The translations under genes and the position numbers were made by a program. Below are positions 29,980-34,203 of a stretch of DNA of 34,203 nt, in pieces. The notes beneath the pieces were generated by a model. The model ran no database searches. It was not told where the DNA came from and worked only from the letters and a program-made list of their open reading frames with translations. Each line of letters starts with the position of its first letter. Within the stretch, counting starts at the first letter, position 1. Origin of the DNA: Guillardia theta CCMP2712 (Eukaryota; Protista; Cryptophyta); contig NW_005434599.1 in assembly GCF_000315625.1 (NCBI RefSeq), forward strand, positions 314,070 to 348,272, read 5' to 3'.

Positions 29980-32900
29980 ATGCTTCAAGAAGACCCCGGC
30001 ATTATGCTGTCGAATCGCTCGGCAAACATGGATCGGGTCGAGGCTACCGGGCCCGCAAAAGGTTTCCGGGCTCGTCGCGTTGCGTTCCGATCGAGAATGA
30101 AGAATCGAGTAGCAAGGCAAGAACGAGGAGGAAGAGAAAGTGGTGATGGTGGTGTCTGAAGAGAAGGAGAGGAGGGGGGGGGGGTGGGGGGGGAGGAGGA
30201 GGAGAAGGCGCAGAGTCTTTGCTGAGNNNNNNNNNNNNNNNNNNNNNNNNNNNNNNNNNNNNNNNNNNNNNNNNNNNNNNNNNNNNNNNNNNNNNNNNNN
30301 NNNNNNNNNNNNNNNNNNNNNNNNNNNNNNNNNNNNNNNNNNNNNNNNNNNNNNNNNNNNNNNNNNNNNNNNNNNNNNNNNNNNNNNNNNNNNNNNNNNN
30401 NNNNNNNNNNNNNNNNNNNNNNNNNNNNNNNNNNNNNNNNNNNNNNNNNNNNNNNNNNNNNNNNNNNNNNNNNNNNNNNNNNNNNNNNNNNNNNNNNNNN
30501 NNNNNNNNNNNNNNNNNNNNNNNNNNNNNNNNNNNNNNNNNNNNNNNNNNNNNNNNNNNNNNNNNNNNNNNNNNNNNNNNNNNNNNNNNNNNNNNNNNNN
30601 NNNNNNNNNNNNNNNNNNNNNNNNNNNNNNNNNNNNNNNNNNNNNNNNNNNNNNNNNNNNNNNNNNNNNNNNNNNNNNNNNNNNNNNNNNNNNNNNNNNN
30701 NNNNNNNNNNNNNNNNNNNNNNNNNNNNNNNNNNNNNNNNNNNNNNNNNNNNNNNNNNNNNNNNNNAGAGGATCTAGCTTGGATTCCTGGTCGGCAAACA
30801 GTAAGGTAGGAAACGAGCAAAAATCTGAAGTTCACCACGTTCATATCCGGAAAGTTGCGGGCTCTATGCCCGATCAACGTAACAGGGTGCGCCCACCAAA
30901 CCAGGCTTAGCGTTCCGGGATAGATACAAAAAAAATCCTCAGAACCACACTCCAATGATGTAAAACAGAATGTGGTGATTCATTTCTCCAATTCCATTCA
31001 GAGACATTCTGTGGTGGGGGGGAGGAGGAGGAGGAGGAGGCACGAGTCTTTGCTGAGTCTGTGGCAGGTGGTTCAAGCAGACTCGTGATATCAGCTTCTT
31101 CAATATGGATGAGCTCCAGCGAGGAATCTCCCCGAACATGGTGGCGTCCATGATGAGCCACGACAGGTGCGCTGGTTTGGATGAGTGTACAGACGATGAT
31201 GATGATGACGATGACGATCGATGACGATGATGATGACGATGACGACGGTATAGGTTGCTCGGGTCCCTTCCGCCATCAGAAGAATTCCTCAAAGAAGGTC
31301 TGCAAGCGTTGGACTAGATCGTGATACTGGATATAATACTGATGGAGGAGGAGGAGGAGCAAGAGAGGAGGAGCATGATGATGATGATGATGACGACGAT
31401 GGTGATGATGATGATGATAATTATGATGGTCCAGGCATTGTAGAGAAAAGAAGCCAGGAGAAGAAGTGGCAAGAGAGGAGGATTATCCTGACATCAACAC
31501 ACATCATCTTGACAACGCAAGGGTCGGACATGATCAAAGACAGCATCTTTCTGCGAGATGTCTCCCTTGCTCGGTCTCTTCTCTCCTCTCAGTGAGTTGT
31601 CGATGACTTCACTACAGGTCAGTGAGCCACCTCGACGGTCATCGGTTTGACCTGCTGGACCGAATGAAAGAGCATGAGGAGGAGAGGGAAATCGAGTGCG
31701 GGCAATCGCAGAACGGAGGATCGTTCAGAGGCAAAGTCAAACAGGTCGCGCACGTCGACAGCTTCACGTTCGAAGTTCACACGAGGGAAGAGAGTGAGAG
31801 CTGCGGGAGGGTCTACGTCTTCCGCAGCTTTGACGAGAAGGAGACAGACGACTGGGTCAAGATGATCGACGAGCAGGCGAAGCTCTCTATGGATAGCGCT
31901 CTACACGACAGGCTCGGAGAGTTCGAGAGGATGCGCTACAAGATCGCCATGTTCTACGACAGCAACCCAGTGCAGAGCGTCGTCGCCTTCCTCATCACCA
32001 TCAACTTCTTGGCTAACGCGGCGCAGTCGGAGCTCCTTCCTAAGGAAGGCAGCAGCATGGCGAACTTCTTCGCTGTGCTCGACGATCTCTTCACGATCCT
32101 CTTCACGATCGAGCTGGGGCTCAACCTCATCTCTCACTGGTTCTGGCCCTTCATCTCCGACGGCTGGTCCGTCTTCGACTTCGTCATCGTCTCCATCTCC
32201 CTCATCGCCATGATTGTCGGCAACCTCCCGGGCGTCAAGTCGCTTCGCCTCATGCGAGCCTTCCGCGTCCTCCGCCTCTTCGGCCGCCTGCAGTCGCTGC
32301 GGCAGATTATCACCGCACTGACTCACTCCATCGTCCCCGTCCTGAACGCGTTCCTCATCATGCTCCTCGTCACTTGCATCTACGCCATCCTCGCCGTCAA
32401 CTTCTACAGCGACCGGAGCCCCGAGTTCTTCGGCTCTTTTCTCGCGCCTGCTTCACCCTCTTCCAGGTCTCCCTCCCTCCCTCCCTCCCTCCCTCCAGTC
32501 CTCCCTACCTCCCTCCCTACTCCATTCCTCCCTCCCTCCCCTCATCTCTCCTCCAGGTCTGCACGGGCGACGGCTGGGCGAGTGAGATCGCTCGTCCAAT
32601 CTTCCATGACGGCAGTGGAGGAGACGGGAAAGATCACCTGGGGCTGGACGGGAATGTCGCGTTGTTCTTCGTCTCCTTCATCGTTATCGTCGGTTGGACC
32701 CTCCTCCAGGTCTCCTCTAGTCTCCTCTCGTCTCGTTTCGTCTCTTCTCCTCTCCTCCCCTCCCCTCCCTCCCTCTCTCTTTCTTTGTCTCAATTTTACT
32801 AGTTCTGTTTCTCTGTCCCCTCCTTCCTCTCTTCCCTCTTTCATGTCTTCTGCAGGTCGTCGTTGCCGTTCTCCTTGACAACTTCACCGCCGCAGCAGAG

Positions 32901-34203
32901 TGAGCAGAGGAGGAGGAGGAGAGGGAAGGAAAGGAAGGAGGAGAGGGAAGGAAAGGAAGGAGGAGAGGGAAGGAAAGGAAGGAGGAGAGGGAAGGAAAGG
33001 AAGGAGGGGTGTGGAAGGGGCGGGTGTTTAATCTCATCCTGCTGGCAGGGCGGAAAAGGAGGACAAGATCAGGCAGAAGAATTTGCAGGAGGGACGTGCG
33101 CTAGTCGTGTTTGCCATCGACCCCCTCCTGGTCCTGCTATACTACCCCTTACTCTTCGTCTTCTTCTCCCTCTCCTCCTCCACTTCCTCTGACGTCTCAG
33201 CAGGCGGCGCTCGCTCACTTCGACACCTCGCAGGATCTTTCTGATCGCATCTCCATGCTCTTCAACATCCTCGACACCGACGACTCCAACACCCTCAGCT
33301 TCGAGGAGCTCTCCTACGGTCTCCGCAAGCTCAAGGTCCCTCTCCTCTCCTCTCCCCCNNNNNNNNNNNNNNNNNNNNNNNNNNNNNNNNNNNNNNNNNN
33401 NNNNNNNNNNNNNNNNNNNNNNNNNNNNNNNNNNNNNNNNNNNNNNNNNNNNNNNNNNCCTCTCCTCTCCTCTCCTCTCCTCCTCCTCTCCTCTCCCCCC
33501 TCCTCTCCTCTCCTCTCCTCTCCTCTCAGCAGCCGCAGGTTCGGCCTCCCATCTCGCTCTCTCGCGATGATTTCGAGGTCATGACCATCCAAGGAAGTCT
33601 CCTCAACGACCGCGGCGAGCTCGGCCCCTCCGAGTTTGACAAGGTCAGGTCCCAGCTGGAGATAAGCTGAAGGGGACACTGCAAGAGGACGAGGAAGAGG
33701 AAGAGGAAGAGGAAGAGGAAGAGGACGAGGGATGACGATGATGATGATGATGACGACGACGATGATGACGATGATGCTGTAGGTGATGAGGAGGCAGTTG
33801 AAGCTCTACGTGCAGCGGCAGATGGCGAACGCGATGGACCTGCTGGGAGCTAATTCGACAGGACAGCAAGACACTCTCTTCTTCGTGCTGAAGCTGCTCA
33901 TGATCGGTGAACTCGAGGAGGATGCGAAAGCAGGAGGAGGAGGAGGAGGAGCAGGAGGAAAAGAGGATGTGGGGGAGGAGGAGGAGGAGGAGGAGGTTCC
34001 CTGACTCAGGGAGCAGGAGTGAGCGAGATCCACGAGTCTGTGAACCCGCAGGACGCCTGGTGTGAGGACGCGAGGGAGCGAGTGAAGCCTCCGGTAGAGG
34101 CGAAAGTTGAGGCGTTGGAAGTGAAGGTGAGAAAGAGGAGCGATCAAAGAGGAGGGCTGGAGAGGGACAAAAGGAGGGGACAGGGGAGAGGAAAGGAAAG
34201 AGG
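29980..34203 (+). CDS. Single-domain 6TM voltage-gated cation channel (BacNav/CatSper/EukCat-like) with N-terminal PH domain and C-terminal EF-hand; apparent 1-bp frameshift; 3' end unresolved
   Basis: PH: KEGIVEKRSQEKKWQERRIILT...FEVHT..GRVYVFRS..KETDDWVKMI. S2 FTIEL. S3 WSVFDFVIV. S4 KSLRLMRAFRVLRLFGRL. Pore FTLFQVCTGDGWASEIARP. S6 LLQVVVAVLLDNF. EF-hand DTDDSNTLSFEE. Exon 1 (29980-30116) is tentative. Confidence 0.88.
30227..30766. other. Assembly gap
   Basis: Run of N. Confidence 0.99.
31192..31430 (+). repeat. Intronic (GAT/GAC)n and (GGA)n microsatellites in two introns flanking a short exon
   Basis: Visible directly; similar tracts occur at 33685-33780. Confidence 0.85.
33359..33458. 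other. Assembly gap inside an intronic (CTCTC)n tract
   Basis: Run of N. Confidence 0.99.

Noticed and set aside
30044-30955. ORFs spanning N runs (also 1842-2251, 21086-21829 and 33111-33679)
   Set aside because: Their lengths are artefacts of gaps and microsatellites.
1-34203. tRNA, rRNA or other structured ncRNA genes
   Set aside because: No recognisable conserved motifs by eye; an Infernal or tRNAscan search would be needed to exclude them.

Overview
Eukaryotic nuclear DNA from a gene-dense draft assembly with four N gaps. Many introns are 40-55 bp, and the longer ones are filled with microsatellites. The style suggests a cryptophyte-like alga, but that is inference only. About 12 protein-coding genes lie on strictly alternating strands: a spliced, window-truncated protein with a RAG1/Transib-like motif series (-), a C2-MAP2K-like pseudokinase (+), a coiled-coil protein (-), a low-complexity protein (+), a small hypothetical (-), ATP23 (+), a PDZ plus giant coiled-coil protein (-), a signal peptide-LRGG-G-patch protein (+), a GAF-like domain fused to an HPP-family transporter (-), two weak hypotheticals (+/-), and a PH-6TM-EF-hand single-domain voltage-gated channel with a 1-bp frameshift (+). 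Three divergent intergenic regions carry a paired G-tract element and a CCGGG/GACTC-rich GC island. The top leads are the RAG1-like transposase, the GAF-HPP fusion and the PH-domain channel. All domain calls come from manual motif reading; no searches were run.
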